DNA from: Hormiphora californensis
Taxonomy: Eukaryota; Animalia; Ctenophora
Direction: 5' to 3'
Assembly (NCBI GenBank): GCA_020137815.1
Contig: CM035354.1
Coordinates: 7,874,001 to 7,938,000, forward strand
DNA: 64,000 bases
Below are positions 23,601 to 36,559 of this stretch, piece by piece. Made by a program: the position numbers and the translations under genes. The notes under the pieces were generated by a model that worked only from the letters and a program-made list of their open reading frames with translations, was not told the origin of the DNA and did no database searches. Position 1 is the first letter of the stretch; each line of letters begins with the position of its first letter.

Positions 23601-25776
23601 TGCCATTTTCACTGTTTAATACCAATTTTATTATTCCCCAGGTTCGATAGAGATAAAAGCTACCAAGAACGTGGAAGATCCTAGTGTGTGCGACTGTGCA
23701 GCGTGTACCACACTGATGGAATCCATGGCAACTAGCTCAGATCCGGATGAAGAACCCCTGGATAACAACTGGGTTATAATGGACGATATGAAGACGGATG
23801 GTTGTGATAGTAGTACACTCAAACAGTTGACGAGGGGGATGATAGGCCATCATCAGAACGGCGCCTCTCCACCAGCTCTGTGTCCTCTAAAGATTCTGAT
23901 AAACCCAAGTATTGTGCGTGCTGCTACTGTGAGCTAGTGGGTCACCCTAACCACGGACAGAACCCTCACAACACGGAGATACTGAGAGAGAAGTTACGGA
24001 AAAAGTTGGAGTACAAACGGAATCCGGAGCGGCTGTGTTTGGAGCATCAAAACAACTTCAACAAACACGCCCAGTCAGAGACTGTGAAGAAGAATGGTTC
24101 GAACTAACACCGACCCCCCTGCTACACCCCTGTAATGGGGACTAGTGGGGCTAATAGTGGGACTAATGGGGGCAATAAGGACCGTCAAGAACTCCCCAGT
24201 CGGGGCGGTGGTTGGTAGTCAGCCGGTGGAGACACCAGCAGCACCCCCTCCAGCCCCCGTAGTAGACAGCAGGAGTGTGGAGGAGTTGGTGTCATTCATC
24301 GAGGGGAAGGAGAACAAGGAATCTAAGAGGAGGAAACGGAAGAGAAAGGAACAGAAATCTGATCCCAACGTGCCTGCTCCACTATCCAACAACCAGCAAA
24401 CTCCCACGCAACAACACTCCTTCCTCCTCACAGAGTAGTGAAAAGGGGAAGTGCTCAAAGTCGGACCCAGCCCAAACTAAACCAAGCCCGAACACCCCCT
24501 ACTCCTCCCCCTCCTCCATCCGGACCTCCTCCTTCCTTCCCTAAAGCCCGATCTGTTTGATATCGACTGGAAGATCTCCCTCAACTCTGTCTACCAGGAA
24601 TGGTTGTCCAGGGTCACTGTAACTCCTTTCCAAACTATGGAGAAATACAGGGCCCTCTCTCGGGAACAGAGGAATCCAACTTCTCTTGCTGGAGACAGGG
24701 TTTCTAAATCTCTGGAGATGGTGACAAAACAAGAACAGAAGTTGAAGGATAGTGACATTGATAAGGAGCTGACGGACATGAACAATACAACGAACATGCC
24801 CAATGCCAGGCTAATGCCTCACTGGGATGTACTGGGGAAGGTGAGAGAGGAGAGTAAGATTGATGAAGACCAGTTGGAATCAACACCCGAGATCCTTTCT
24901 AAGGATGCTTCAATTATTGAGTATTTCAAGATCCAGGACCTGTTCAGAGGGGAACAAGCTAAACGTCTGGTTGAGGAGAAGAGAAAGAAGGAGGCTGAGA
25001 AACCTGTGAAGGAGCAGCAACAGAAACAACAGCCTACCAAACAGACTCCTGTCAAGACAGCCAAGGTAGAAGAACCTAAAAAGCCAGTACCAATCCTTGT
25101 CCCTAGGACTGCCTTCAAGCATGACTGCCGTGCCCCAGCCAAGACTTCTACAGGTGCCACCCAGACCCAGACTCCTCCAACCCCAATCAAGGTAGAGAAG
25201 AAGGCCAAAAAGCCGGAAGCGCCCACTGCTACCAACCCGGTCAAGAAACCCTCTCCTACTCCTCCACCTCCCAAAAAAGAGGCAGCCCAACCTGCAGCAA
25301 CTACTAAACAACAACAACAACCTGCTAAACAACAGCCTGCTAAACCTGTGGCTAAACCTGCGGTAGTGAAACCTGCACCTGCACCTGTTGTTGAACCTGC
25401 TAAACCTGCCCCAGTGCTAGTTGTAAAGGATACAGTTGAGGATCTGGGTGCCAAGAAGAAGAAGTTCAAGAAGAAGAAGAAGAGGAATGAGAGTCTAGAT
25501 GACATCTTCCTACCCAAATGTGATGTCGATGTAAGTAACTAACCCATCATCATATTGCTCTTATGTGTTTCTCCCCTTGCTCCTACTCTAACCATATTAT
25601 ATGATATTCCTAACCCCTCCACCCCCCGTTTTCAGGAGCTTGACTTCCTGGATGAGAATGAGAGGGAGGTTGAAGCGTTCAAGAGGTTCTGCATGGACAC
25701 CCAGCCCCTCAAGACCAGACAGAAGGTCCAATTGAACTGGAAGAGTGTTGCCATGAACGTGAGGAAGCCCATGTAG
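20662..25776 (+). CDS. FAM193A: FAM193 family protein (FAM193A-like), multi-exon, with several apparent indel errors in 23.8-24.6 kb
   Basis: KCMLCQ and WVCCECR N-terminal motifs, LMWVELRHTVRCIYRKAG, LCERGPQQLYHQLETQGREYAEEVK, KPKYCACCYCELVGH...EILREKLR, and C-terminal SLDDIFLPK...DENEREVEAFKRFCMD...RQKVQLNW. Confidence 0.88.
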
Positions 25777-26170
25777 ACCCCACCCCTGCTGAATTATGAA
25801 GAGACTGTAGAGAGAGAGAAGTGCCGCAGAGAGAGAGAGAGAGAAATGTCTAACTGTCAGTGAGATGTGACCCTGGCAAACTGTCAAAAATAAGAAGAAG
25901 AGAATCTTGGTGTGTACACTGTTTTCTACTTTTTAACGTTGATTAACTTTTATAACCGTAAACTACTGCGTGTTTGATTATTTGACCCGGAGTGGGGTGG
26001 ATCTTGGTCGGTTGTCGGTTCGAGATCAGAAAAAGGGCGCTGCGCGCGTATCGCTGGAACTGCATTTATTATTATTTATGCGCACTGTCCATCACATCAA
26101 ACGTATCGCGCGTTCCAAACATGCCTTACAACAACAATCTATGAATGGGTTTTGTCATTTTGGCGGTTTA

Positions 26171-27587
26171 GGGTAGACCGGGGTAATTTGGACGGTTTTG
26201 GCATTCAATTGGTATTTCAAGAGCATAATTCAAAAATTATGTTACGTTCGTAACACAGAAAATTCGTTTTCTTTGGTCTTCGTGTGGTATTTCAAGAGCC
26301 ATTAATTTACTTAATCAATTAGTTAGCTACTCAATTTGTGCAACTGAACCCTTATCTTGAGCCTCAGAACAAATTTGAATCGAAAACATAACTTTTAACT
26401 AGCTAATTAACCTTGTTAATGAAGGTAAGTCGGGATATTTTTGATCGCGAGACACGGGGCAATTTGGACTAGTGGCTTCTACACCAATCACAATGCGCGC
26501 ATTCAATCACGTGACCGCGACACACCACATTGCCCCAGCTGTAAATCTGCGATGTAAATCAGACCGAGGTTGGGGCTATTTGGACAAACTTAGATTGTAG
26601 CCACAGTTTTTGAGATATCGATTTCAAACTTTTCAGTCATCTAGTAATTTAGTATCCCGTGCTATTCCTTTTTTCAAAATTAGTTAATTAAGTAGTAATT
26701 AGCCTAATTAACCAAAAAATTAAGTGTCCATCAGATCTATTATATCTATAGGGTGCATTTTCGAAAGCTCAGGATTAGTCTAGTTGACTAGAAAAATATT
26801 TAATCTTATCCCAAATAGGGTTTTTGAGAAAATCGACATCAAAGATCAAAAAGCCACAAATAAAGCTACGGTTTTCAAAGGAATGATGTTTGTGTTTTCA
26901 GGTGCTTACAAGGCCAGAAATTACTATTATGGGGATCCAGTCTAGTAAATCATGACAGTGGCCGATTCCCACTCAATGTATTAAGTTGGATTGTCGAATG
27001 CCACACCATGGATTGACTTGTTACCTTGGCAACCAGAGAATTGGTTGTAAAATACGCCTTTTTTTCTATTTTTTGGTCTATTTACTCAGTTTTAGCCATC
27101 TATATTGATTGAATAGGATAATTATGAAAGCAGGTTGTCTATGGTTACCATAGAAACGAGTATAATGGCGCCATGAGGCCAATTTGTCTTAACCAATTTG
27201 CCCCGTGGGGCAATTTGGTCTAGTCCAAATTGCCCCATGGGGTAATCTGGATTATGACCGAATTGCCCCCGATTTTTTCGTCCGAATTGCCCCAAATTGT
27301 CCGAATTGCCCCGCTTCATTAAAATGCCAATTAGCTAATTAAATCGAAAGCTAATGTCATTTTGATGATGAAACTGGATAGAAAAGGATCATATTGTGAA
27401 ATTCTGACCCTTAATTTAAATAATTATCATAATTGAGTTTACCGAAATAAAGTTTAACTTTAAAGTCGTAATTTTTCGTTATTTCACACTAAACACCACA
27501 ATTTAAAAGTCCCATATAAATCACTAGTCCACATTGCCCCGTCCTGTGACCACATTGCCCCACCGTCCAAATTACCCCGGTCTACCC
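26171..27587. mobile_element. Non-autonomous TIR DNA transposon (Tc1/mariner-pogo-like, TA TSD), 1.4 kb
   Basis: Perfect 26-bp TIR GGGTAGACCGGGGTAATTTGGACGGT / ACCGTCCAAATTACCCCGGTCTACCC flanked by TA on both sides; many internal GGGGCAATTTGG / AATTGCCCC motifs; no transposase ORF. Confidence 0.88.
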
Positions 27588-28073
27588 TACGGAGAGTCGG
27601 ACTGTTAGAGCTAGAGCGGGGAGTGAGAAACTTAATAACTTTGTATGATGAGGAAATTCCAATTCATTTACTGATAAACAGTCAACTGATCCTTGTAGGA
27701 TAGTTGTTCTCAATCTGGCAGCAGACAGCATGGTCCAGTGTTCACAGGATCTTTCATAGGCACTATACGATTTAATAAACTGTTATCATTGAGAAAGAGG
27801 GATAATTATATTGATTATCTGACAAAATGTAATAACACAGCCTCTCATTAGATACTGTCCAGCATGAGACAAATGATAAGTGATTCATGGCAATCATTTT
27901 ACAAACTCGCAACTCTCCGTCTGTCTCTCCCACAGATTCCTGACAAATGACCGATATCTCAGACACTAATGAATTAATGCACAGTATTTACACAGTGTCC
28001 TGTACAGAATTTAACATAAACTATCAATACCTCTCTGTCTCTCTCTCCAGTCTCCACTAAAGAATGGGGACCA

Positions 28074-30052
28074 CTACTTGTGAGAGAAGGCATTTAGCAT
28101 TTCAATAGGTACAGGGAAAATAATAGTAGAGTTTCGTTCAGCTGCAATGGCTGCTAGTGTTTGGAGATATCGTAGTTGCAGGGCGGCGGGTGATTTATTG
28201 ATCACATCAGCTGCTTCTTTGAGTGCTTTTGAAGCGTTCAGTTCCCCTTCAGCTGCAATTACCTGGAGAAAGGAGGGAATTGTTAGAAATACCATTTTGG
28301 GGTTTTAAAGATTGTCCTCTCAAGTTTGTAGAATTCAGAATTGTGTGAACCAGATCTAGGAAGTGTAACAATTAGGAAGTGTACCTTTGCTTTAGCATCA
28401 CGATGTGCCTCTGCCTCAGCAGCCATGGCTCTCTGGAGGGTGACTGGCAGACGAACATCCTTTACCTCAACCCTCTCTACCAGTACACCCCAGGAGTCAG
28501 TAGCAGAGTCCAGAGTTTGCTGTAGAAGGAAGTTGTTGAGAGAAAGGGGAAGAGAGATGGGAAGAGAGAGAGAGGGGAAGAGAAAGGGGAAGAGAGAGAG
28601 AGAGATAAAGGCTACAGTGCACAGTGTTTTGGTTGGTAGAACTTGTACACGGAACGGTAACGAGATAACCGGGATGGCAGGGGTTCCAATTAATCCCTTC
28701 TTACTTAAACTTAAAAGTAAGACCAAGGCCAGTAAATACTTCATTATAAGTAATTCATTCTTTAAGAATACAGTTTACTACGATGTAACCGGAAATATAC
28801 TTTAGGTAGTCACCGAAATGGCTGCATTGGCTGCAGTAGAAAAGGTGATTTTATCATCACGTAACGGTTTTGACATGTACCGTGTTATACACTGTACTGT
28901 GTAGTTTGTACCCTGACAGCCCCATTTATCTACCTGCATGGAAGTTGATATTTCCTCTCTTTCAGCCAGGATCTCCGCTAAAGACTTGGTACCCAGCATG
29001 TTCCTATAGAAATGGGAATTTAGTAATAATTAGTGGTATCTATTTGTAATATTAATTAGTGGTATCGAGTATACTTCCTTTTCAGTTAATGACGAGGCGT
29101 AATTCTTTTTAATTTGGCCAACATTTAGTGTTGTGTAATGAAATGGGGAGAGTAGTTTAGAAGACAGTACATTTACCGAAGGGTGGTTTGGGCTAGTAGT
29201 TTTGTGGCAATTTTCACATTATCCACATTACAGACGGAGGAGACAGCGTCCTTGATTCGGAAATATACCACAGCATCAACGGTCACTGTCACACTGTCTT
29301 TTGTTAGAATCTGTAGGAGGTTGAACAATGAATTCTTGAATTGTTGATCAGACTGTATCCGGAGGCCTCGCCAATACAACCCCTTTCTAATTCCACCCTC
29401 TTATCCAAAAACTGAACACTCTCTTTGTACCTCCTGAGGTGGAACATCAAATGAAATGGTCCTCATGTCAACAACGTGTATCTCATCAGTACAGGGAAGG
29501 TAGGTAAATAGTCCAGGACCAGCTGCACCTCCCCTTCTTATACAACCTAGTCTGAATATAACCGCCTTCTCGTATTGCTGGACTACCTGGGATAGAGAAA
29601 GAGAGGAAGTGAGGCAAGGGGGAGGGGTAAAGTAGTAAAAGAAGAGCAGTGAATATTAGTGGATATATAATATAATATTGGATGATTCATTATACACAAG
29701 TGTAGCCCCACTTTAGCACTTTGCTGCTACTGAGCTACTAATACACACAGGTGATAATTTACTGCGTGTTTGCAGTGTTGGGGACCGTTATAACTTAACC
29801 GTGTGTCTGTGTGTTTGTGTGTGTCATGTGTGTTTGTGTCCCACCTTTATAATAAAGAATGGAGTTATTGGAAGGAAAACCAGACAGAGAATAATACTAA
29901 ATACGATCAGAAGGGTCCCACACGGTCCCGCGTCAGGATCTGAAACATTATCACAATTATAACCCATTATTGAACTGTCTGTACCCTCATTTCCCTCGTC
30001 TGAGTAGAAAAGAGGTTCTGTACTAACTACTGGGCGAGTTTTTACCTTCCAT
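28074..30052 (-). CDS. STOM: Stomatin / band 7 (SPFH) protein, 7 coding exons
   Basis: Hairpin segment [23 protein letters not shown], then [14 protein letters not shown]...[63 protein letters not shown] and [10 protein letters not shown]...[10 protein letters not shown] 7-nt first exon (ATGGAAG) at 30046-30052. Confidence 0.93.
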
Positions 30053-30379
30053 AGTGCGAGTGTCGGGCCTGTTCCCATTTTCAACATTTGCACCAGGCAT
30101 CTCTACATGAACAGCGGTCATTTATACAATCTTACAACGCATGCAACACTAACAGTGAATTTGCAAATCAAATATTCGTCCAATTTGTAATGACTTAGGG
30201 TGCATGGACTGGGAAGATAATATAGCAACTGACATTCCGGGCCCCAAGTTTGGGTCAGCTTGTAAATATTAACGGAGTGTATCAATAATGGGCTACTGTT
30301 CTCTTCGCTGTACTTCCATATGTCGAAGTATCGTAATTCTCACAGGCAACAGTGTGTTGTGAAAACTGAAATCTTGCGA

Positions 30380-30900
30380 GAGAGGGTCGAGCAAGGCAAG
30401 TGAAATCTACAAACTGAAAATGGATTTCCTCCGCAAGACATGATTTCGGATGTAAAATTCGCGCGCGTAAATTGCAAATAAGATACGCGCAAAACACAAA
30501 TATGAGCCGCGCATATAAGAAAAAAGCCGCGCATACAAAATCCACACATTCGAATGTTCGTTCGAGTTTCTTTGAAACTTCAAAAAGTCCAAAATTTTCT
30601 AAAAATCTTTGCCTCCTCATTTCAGCTGGGTTGTAGGCCTCCTCTTACACCGGCATTGGCTGCAGACTGCTACTGCGTCTCATACCAAGGGACTGGAGCT
30701 GTATCATACACTAATAAGGCCGTATAGTTCGTTTGTTTGAAACTTTTCGATCTCAAAACATCGCACGGTGTCGTGGTGTCGTTAAAGTCCGTTTCAAGCG
30801 ACTTGACCCGTAATTCTTGGAATTTGGCACATTGCGCGTGTATTTACAAAGGGGAAATCCTGAATTTCCAGGAATCTCAGGTCAAGTCGTTTGAAACGCA
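30380..30900. promoter_or_regulatory. CpG-rich putative bidirectional promoter between divergent stomatin and CRTC
   Basis: Clusters of GCGCGC/CGCGC and TTCGCGCG motifs in otherwise CpG-poor DNA, located between head-to-head genes. Confidence 0.4.
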
Positions 30901-31171
30901 CTTTACCCTCTTGGCTCTTAATATCAGATATGGGCAAATTACGGTTGATTTTGCATAAGAGCTGGATTAATAAGGAGATTAGAACATCGTTGTTGATGAT
31001 GAACAGTGAAGCGAGAGGGCCCAAAATCAAAGTTCAAATGACACGAGCAAACTAAAATTGTGCCATCCAGATGCCCTAGTCCTTTAGATTTAGAATTGAC
31101 ACTCCGTACTATCGGCCATAAACATGATGTTGTAGATTAGGGATGATGGGAACGGCAGTGAGGAATGAAGT

Positions 31172-32348
31172 ATGAACCACAACCCTCGAAAGTTCGAAGA
31201 AAAGATCGCCTTGAACAAACAGAAACAGGCAGAGGCAGATAAACAATTTGCAGATATTATTAGAGATGTCACTAACATCAGGGATAATGAGGTAATGAGT
31301 GTTCCCTGTTCATGGAGCAGGTTATAGTGTCTCTAGTTTAGTTTAGTTTAGTTTAGTGTAGAAACAATGAGCCCCTGTTTAAAGGATGTTGGTTAATTAA
31401 CATTTGTTTGTGTTTCAGTTCAACATTAACCAGTTCAGATCACTACCAAACATCCACGGACCACCTCCCGGGACATACCAATATGTGAGTTGAGATATAG
31501 AGGGAGGGGAGATAGGAGGGGAGGGAGGGGTCTTTATCCTCGTTTATCATTGCACTATGTTCCAGGGTGTGTTACCGCAGCAACGCCAGGACCACAACTC
31601 CTCTTCAGAGATGAACCATGGCCTAAACCTACAGTTACCTGAAAATCAGACAAGAAGGTAGCCGGGATATTGTTAGATCTTCTTTACCTGATGATAACTA
31701 ATATTTTAATTTGTGCCAGCGAGTAGGAGAAGAAGATTTTGCAAACTGTCATTGAAACTCTTGTTTTTAGTTTCAATCAATCAAAAAATGTCAATTTTAA
31801 TCGAACACTCCATTAAATACCTTGCTACTAAATATATTTCTCGATTTATATCTCATTCCCTCTAATTATGTCATCTGTTAAGTTCACACTCAAAGAAAAC
31901 AGTAGTATTATGTATTATCCCCACATGACACTCGTTTCTTTTCTCAGGGTTCTCTCCGATTCCCAACTACATAAAACCGGCCTCCGATTCAGTAAGTTCA
32001 GACATTAGGAAACTTCTTTAATATTACTGGTTAGTTGGTCAGTTAGTTAGCTAACAACAACTGGTATATTACTAGCCTACCTAATTGTATTGTTCCTCAC
32101 ACACATATGTTTATTTTCAGATCAGTTGGACCATCCGAACGCTGTGAGTATTGAGGACTGTTCTGGAGTGTGTTTTAGATAATATAGTGTTGTTGATTGA
32201 TGATTGGACGTTCAATACCATATTTCAGAAAGAACGAACAAAACCTGATTTAATATTCCTTAATTTTTCAGCAAATGCAGAGGCCCAAGTCAGCGTCTGA
32301 GCTCTTGTAAGTTGAGGAATATCACATGCACCTGACACGTAGCACGAT

Positions 32349-32408
<60 letters not shown>

Positions 32409-32689
32409 AGAGAGGAAGTGATGAGATGAGTGAGAGAGAGATAGTCCGATAAATGAGAAATTCTTAGTGCAATTGGATGAAATTGGTTAAACCGCAGTTT
32501 TAAAACTGGCAACTTAACTAGTCGAACCAAATTTATAAAACATAGATATACTTATAGCTTTTAGTTTATGAGTCCCTCTTGTGAGCGATTTGTCGTGAAA
32601 CACTGCCCATATACCCCACTGTTCTAAATCTTTTCCTCATTCTATGGATCTCTAACCACTTTCCCAGAGAGAAGACCAATAAGTTTAAT
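31172..32689 (+). CDS. CRTC: CREB-regulated transcription coactivator (CRTC/TORC), 5' exons
   Basis: Exon 31172-31291 MNHNPRKFEEKIALNKQKQAEADKQF (TORC_N); 31419-31484 RSLPNI; 31566-31657; 31948-31991 giving RRVLSDSQLH; 32121-32143; 32272-32306 RPKSASEL; probable 32668-32689. Confidence 0.85.
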
Positions 32690-32826
32690 GTAACCGGCCT
32701 AATACAACCGCCCTCACTGTAAAGTCCATTATTACTGAATAACAATTGTAACTACTTGTTGTTTTCTCTTCAACAGTCGTTATGTAGTCCCTTTTTTGTG
32801 TTTTGTATTGTGCCACCAGGCCACAT

Positions 32827-33620
32827 GATCCTCTAATTAATTAAATGAAAGGCGGTTACCTATAATTTGACCTAATCGGTGCCAATACGTGATTACTGAT
32901 TTTCTACCGTTATTCGCCAATAATCTTTATGTGCATAATTCAGTAGAGCGGAATCACACATAATACTATGATAGGTGAACCAAGTGGTTGGGTGGTTCAC
33001 CTGTGATTGTGCTACACGCTCAATCAATAGGTCTACCCTACCTCATTAGACCAACACTCTCAGTAGTTACTGACTACCTCTACTGAATCGTGGATCGATA
33101 CGGAAAGACTAATGGAGAATACATAGCGGTAGAGAATCACGTAACGGGACCGATGAGGTCTCATTGTCAATTGGTAACCGCTTTTCATTAGAGGATACCA
33201 TGGTACGTGATACCATACCGTGATTCTGATTTTTCACACTCTCAGTTTTCACTCGTACTCGCTCTCTATCTCGGTCTCTCTCTATTGCCTATGGTCTTAT
33301 AGTTGGATACGTGACACGAATCACTATAATTAGGGGAGGGTGATTCGGTCTCACTACAGCCGATACGTGATACGAAACACAATTAGGGGAGGACGATTCG
33401 GTCTATCCCCCGCTTTAGTCTGGTTGGATACGTGATCCCTTGCAGCCTTTTATTGCAGCCTTTTATTGCAGCCTTTTATTGCAGCCTTTTTCTGCAGCCT
33501 TTTATTGCAGCCTTTTATTAGGAGCGAAGTTCTACTCACCTGCCCTTTATCCCTCTTCTTTTTGAAGTTCCATATTCTATGGGTCATGGGATAGCATGTT
33601 CCTTGTTTAACACATTGTTA
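32827..33620. mobile_element. Unclassified repeat-rich insertion at the junction of the CRTC exon duplication
   Basis: Inverted repeat ATGAAAGGCGGTTACC (~32846) / GGTAACCGCTTTTCAT (~33173-33188), imperfect GATACGTGA...AATTAGGGGAG repeats, and a 13-bp tandem array. Absent at the equivalent point of the second copy. Confidence 0.35.
33441..33518. repeat. Tandem repeat (TGCAGCCTTTTAT) x6
   Basis: Directly visible 13-bp unit with one variant copy. Confidence 0.9.
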
Positions 33621-34405
33621 ACATTGCACTATGTTCCAGGGTGTGTTACCGCAGCAGCGTCAGGACCACAACTCTTCTTCAGAGATGAACCATGGCCTAA
33701 ACCTACAGTTACCTGAAAATCAGACAAGAAGGTAGCCGGGATATATATTTTTAGTTCTTCTTTACCTGATGATAACTAATATTTTAATTTGTGCCAGCGA
33801 GTAGGAGAAGAAGATTTCCACTGCAAAATGTCATTGAAACTCCTGTTTTTAGTTTCAATCAATCAAAAAATGCCAATTTTAATTTCTAACTCCATTAAAT
33901 CTCTTCTTGCTATTTACATCCTTCTCGATTTATATCTCATTTATATCTCATTCCCTCTAATTATGTCATCTGTTCACACTCAAAGAAAACAGTATTATTG
34001 TCCCCACATGACACTCGTTTCTTCTCTCAGGGTTCTCTCCGATTCCCAACTACACAAAACCGGCCTCCGATTCAGTAAGTTCATATATGACTGGTTAGTT
34101 GGTTAGCCAACAACTACTGGTATATTACTAGCCTACCTAATTGTATTGTTCCTCACACACATATTTATTTTCAGATCAGTTGGACCACCCCAACGCTGTG
34201 AGTATTGAGGACTGTTCTGGACTGTGTTTTAGATAATATAGTGTTGTTGATTGATGATTGGACGTTCAATACCATATTTCAGAAAGAACGAACAAAACCT
34301 GATTTAATATTCCTTAATTTTTCAGCAAATGCAGAGGCCCAAGTCAGCGTCTGAGCTCTTGTAAGTTGAGGAATATCACATGCACCTGACACGTAGCACG
34401 ATGAC

Positions 34406-34442
<37 letters not shown>

Positions 34443-34910
34443 GAGAGAGGAAGAGAGAGGAAGTGAGAGATAGAGTGAGAGAGAGAAGAGATCCGAGAAA
34501 TGAGAAATTCTTAGTGTCAATTGATTAAAATTGTTTAAAACTGGAAGTTTAAAAAACAGTCAACTTAACTAGTCAGAAACGAACAATTTTAGCTAAAATT
34601 CAATAGAATAATAATATAAACAAGTATTTTAGTTTTGGTCCCCTTGCAGCATCGTATTTGTCCGTGAAAACACATCACCATATACCCAACACTGTGTTCT
34701 CGATATATCCTAATATCTTTTCCTCCTAATTTCTTGATCTCTACCACTTTCCCAGAGAAGACCAAATAAGGTTTAATGTAACCTGGCCTAATATCTACCG
34801 TCCCTCACTTAATAGTCATTAGTTACTGAATACAAATTGTAACTACTGTTGTTTCTCTTCAACTATAGTTATGTAGTCCTTTTTTGTAGTTTGATGCCAC
34901 CAGGCACCAT
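33620..34910 (+). repeat. Second copy of the CRTC segment ~31548-32826 (exons 3-7)
   Basis: Exons repeated at 33640-33731, 34031-34074, 34175-34197 and the RPKSASEL exon (~34326-34360), with intact splice sites. Confidence 0.9.
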
Positions 34911-36066
34911 GCTTTACAATACTCTCAACAGTTACACGGCAACTGCAATAAATTCATTCATTGTTTTGACAGTTTCGAATTTCGATTAAAAAATGTTAAA
35001 AAGGGGCAGGGGGCAAAAAGGGTTAGTTTTTTTAAATTATGTCCCTTTTTATTTTTTGATTTTTTTTTTTCCCAAAAAAAAGAAAAATCACCAAAAAGTT
35101 ATCCCTTTTTTTTTCCGGGGTTCCCCCCCCCAATACCAAGTTTTCCCCCTCCCCACCCCGGTTGGCTTTCAAATCCTTCCCGCCTTCTACGGGTTTTAGG
35201 CCCTAAAGAAAAACATCAAGGGAGGAAAAAAGCCCCCCCCAAAATGCCCCAAGGGTTTTAGGGTTTTGGGGAACTACTTTTTAAAATTTTGTCCCTTTTT
35301 GGGGTTCCCCCCAAATAAGGGCTTTTTAAAAAAGACCTTTTTCCCTTTTTTTTTTCCCTTTAAAAGACAATTACCCCCACCCCCTTTTTTCTGTTACCCC
35401 CCCCGGCCCCTTAAAGTTAAAAAATCGGGGGGGTTCCCAATCCCCCCCCTTTTTTCCTAAATTGCTTTCTTTTTTTTTCTTTTGGGCCTCCCTGCCTTTG
35501 GTTTGCCTTTCCCCCTCTCCCTTTTCTCCCCTCTCTTGCCCTTCCTCCCCCCTTCCTGCTTTTTTCCCCCCCCCCCCTAACCCCGTATTAGTTCAATCCA
35601 CATCAAGCTCCAATATAACTGAGAGACATGAATTTTTGAGAGATCGTGATTATAATCTTTAAACTTCTGATAGCGTGTAGCGCATATGGTTACTGGTGGA
35701 TTGGATGTGTGCGGATGTTGTGAGACTTTGCATTGACGTAATAGTAATGTTGAACTATCTCTCTCACTCGCTCTCTCTCTTTCCTCTTTTTCTCTCTCTA
35801 TCTCACTCTATCATTCCTTTATTTACTTCTCGCCCTTATAACAACATTCTTTAACCCCTAAACCTCACGTTCCTGCTTCTGTCTAAATATTATGTCTGAG
35901 GCCCACATTATCCTCTTTCTAGAGCCCCCCCCCCACCCCCCCCTGGAGGGATACTGGGGGGATAATGGGGCATGGACCAAATCGTGTCCGTCGTTACACA
36001 GCTCACTCTACTCAGCTCTAAAACTTCTCAGTCTATCTCTTTCTCGGTATCTCTATCCCCTAACTC

Positions 36067-36135
<69 letters not shown>

Positions 36136-36559
36136 TGTCATTAATTTCAAATCCATTACAATTTTCAAAGAAAGTGTGATTGCTGGGTTTCACAGGTCAA
36201 ATCTATTTCTTTGTCTCTGATTTAAGGTGTGATTGGTGTAGATCTTCAATCCGACTCAATCTGTCTCCCCCCTCTATCTCTCGGTCTTTCTCTATCTTTC
36301 TCTATGTCCCCCTCTCTCTGTCTCTCAATCTCTCCTCTCTCCATCTCAGGACTCAGTCCCTCTCTATGTCTCTCAATCTCTCTTTCTACCACCTTTCTAA
36401 GAAATGCTCGTGCATGATTTATCACTTTTCAACCCTTTTCACAACCCCCGGGGATCAGAAATGTAGTCCAGATCTTTTGACTTAGTAGAAGTTAAAATGG
36501 ACCTGACCCCGAATCTCCTGCGTCTCACCCCCCCCTTTTTTTTCCCGCTTTCCATGGAC

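Noticed and set aside
32225-32530. Minus-strand 101-aa ORF
   Set aside because: Antisense of the CRTC RPKSASEL exon plus a GA microsatellite.
33441-33518. CRISPR-like array
   Set aside because: Head-to-tail 13-bp repeats without spacers, in a eukaryotic context with no cas genes.
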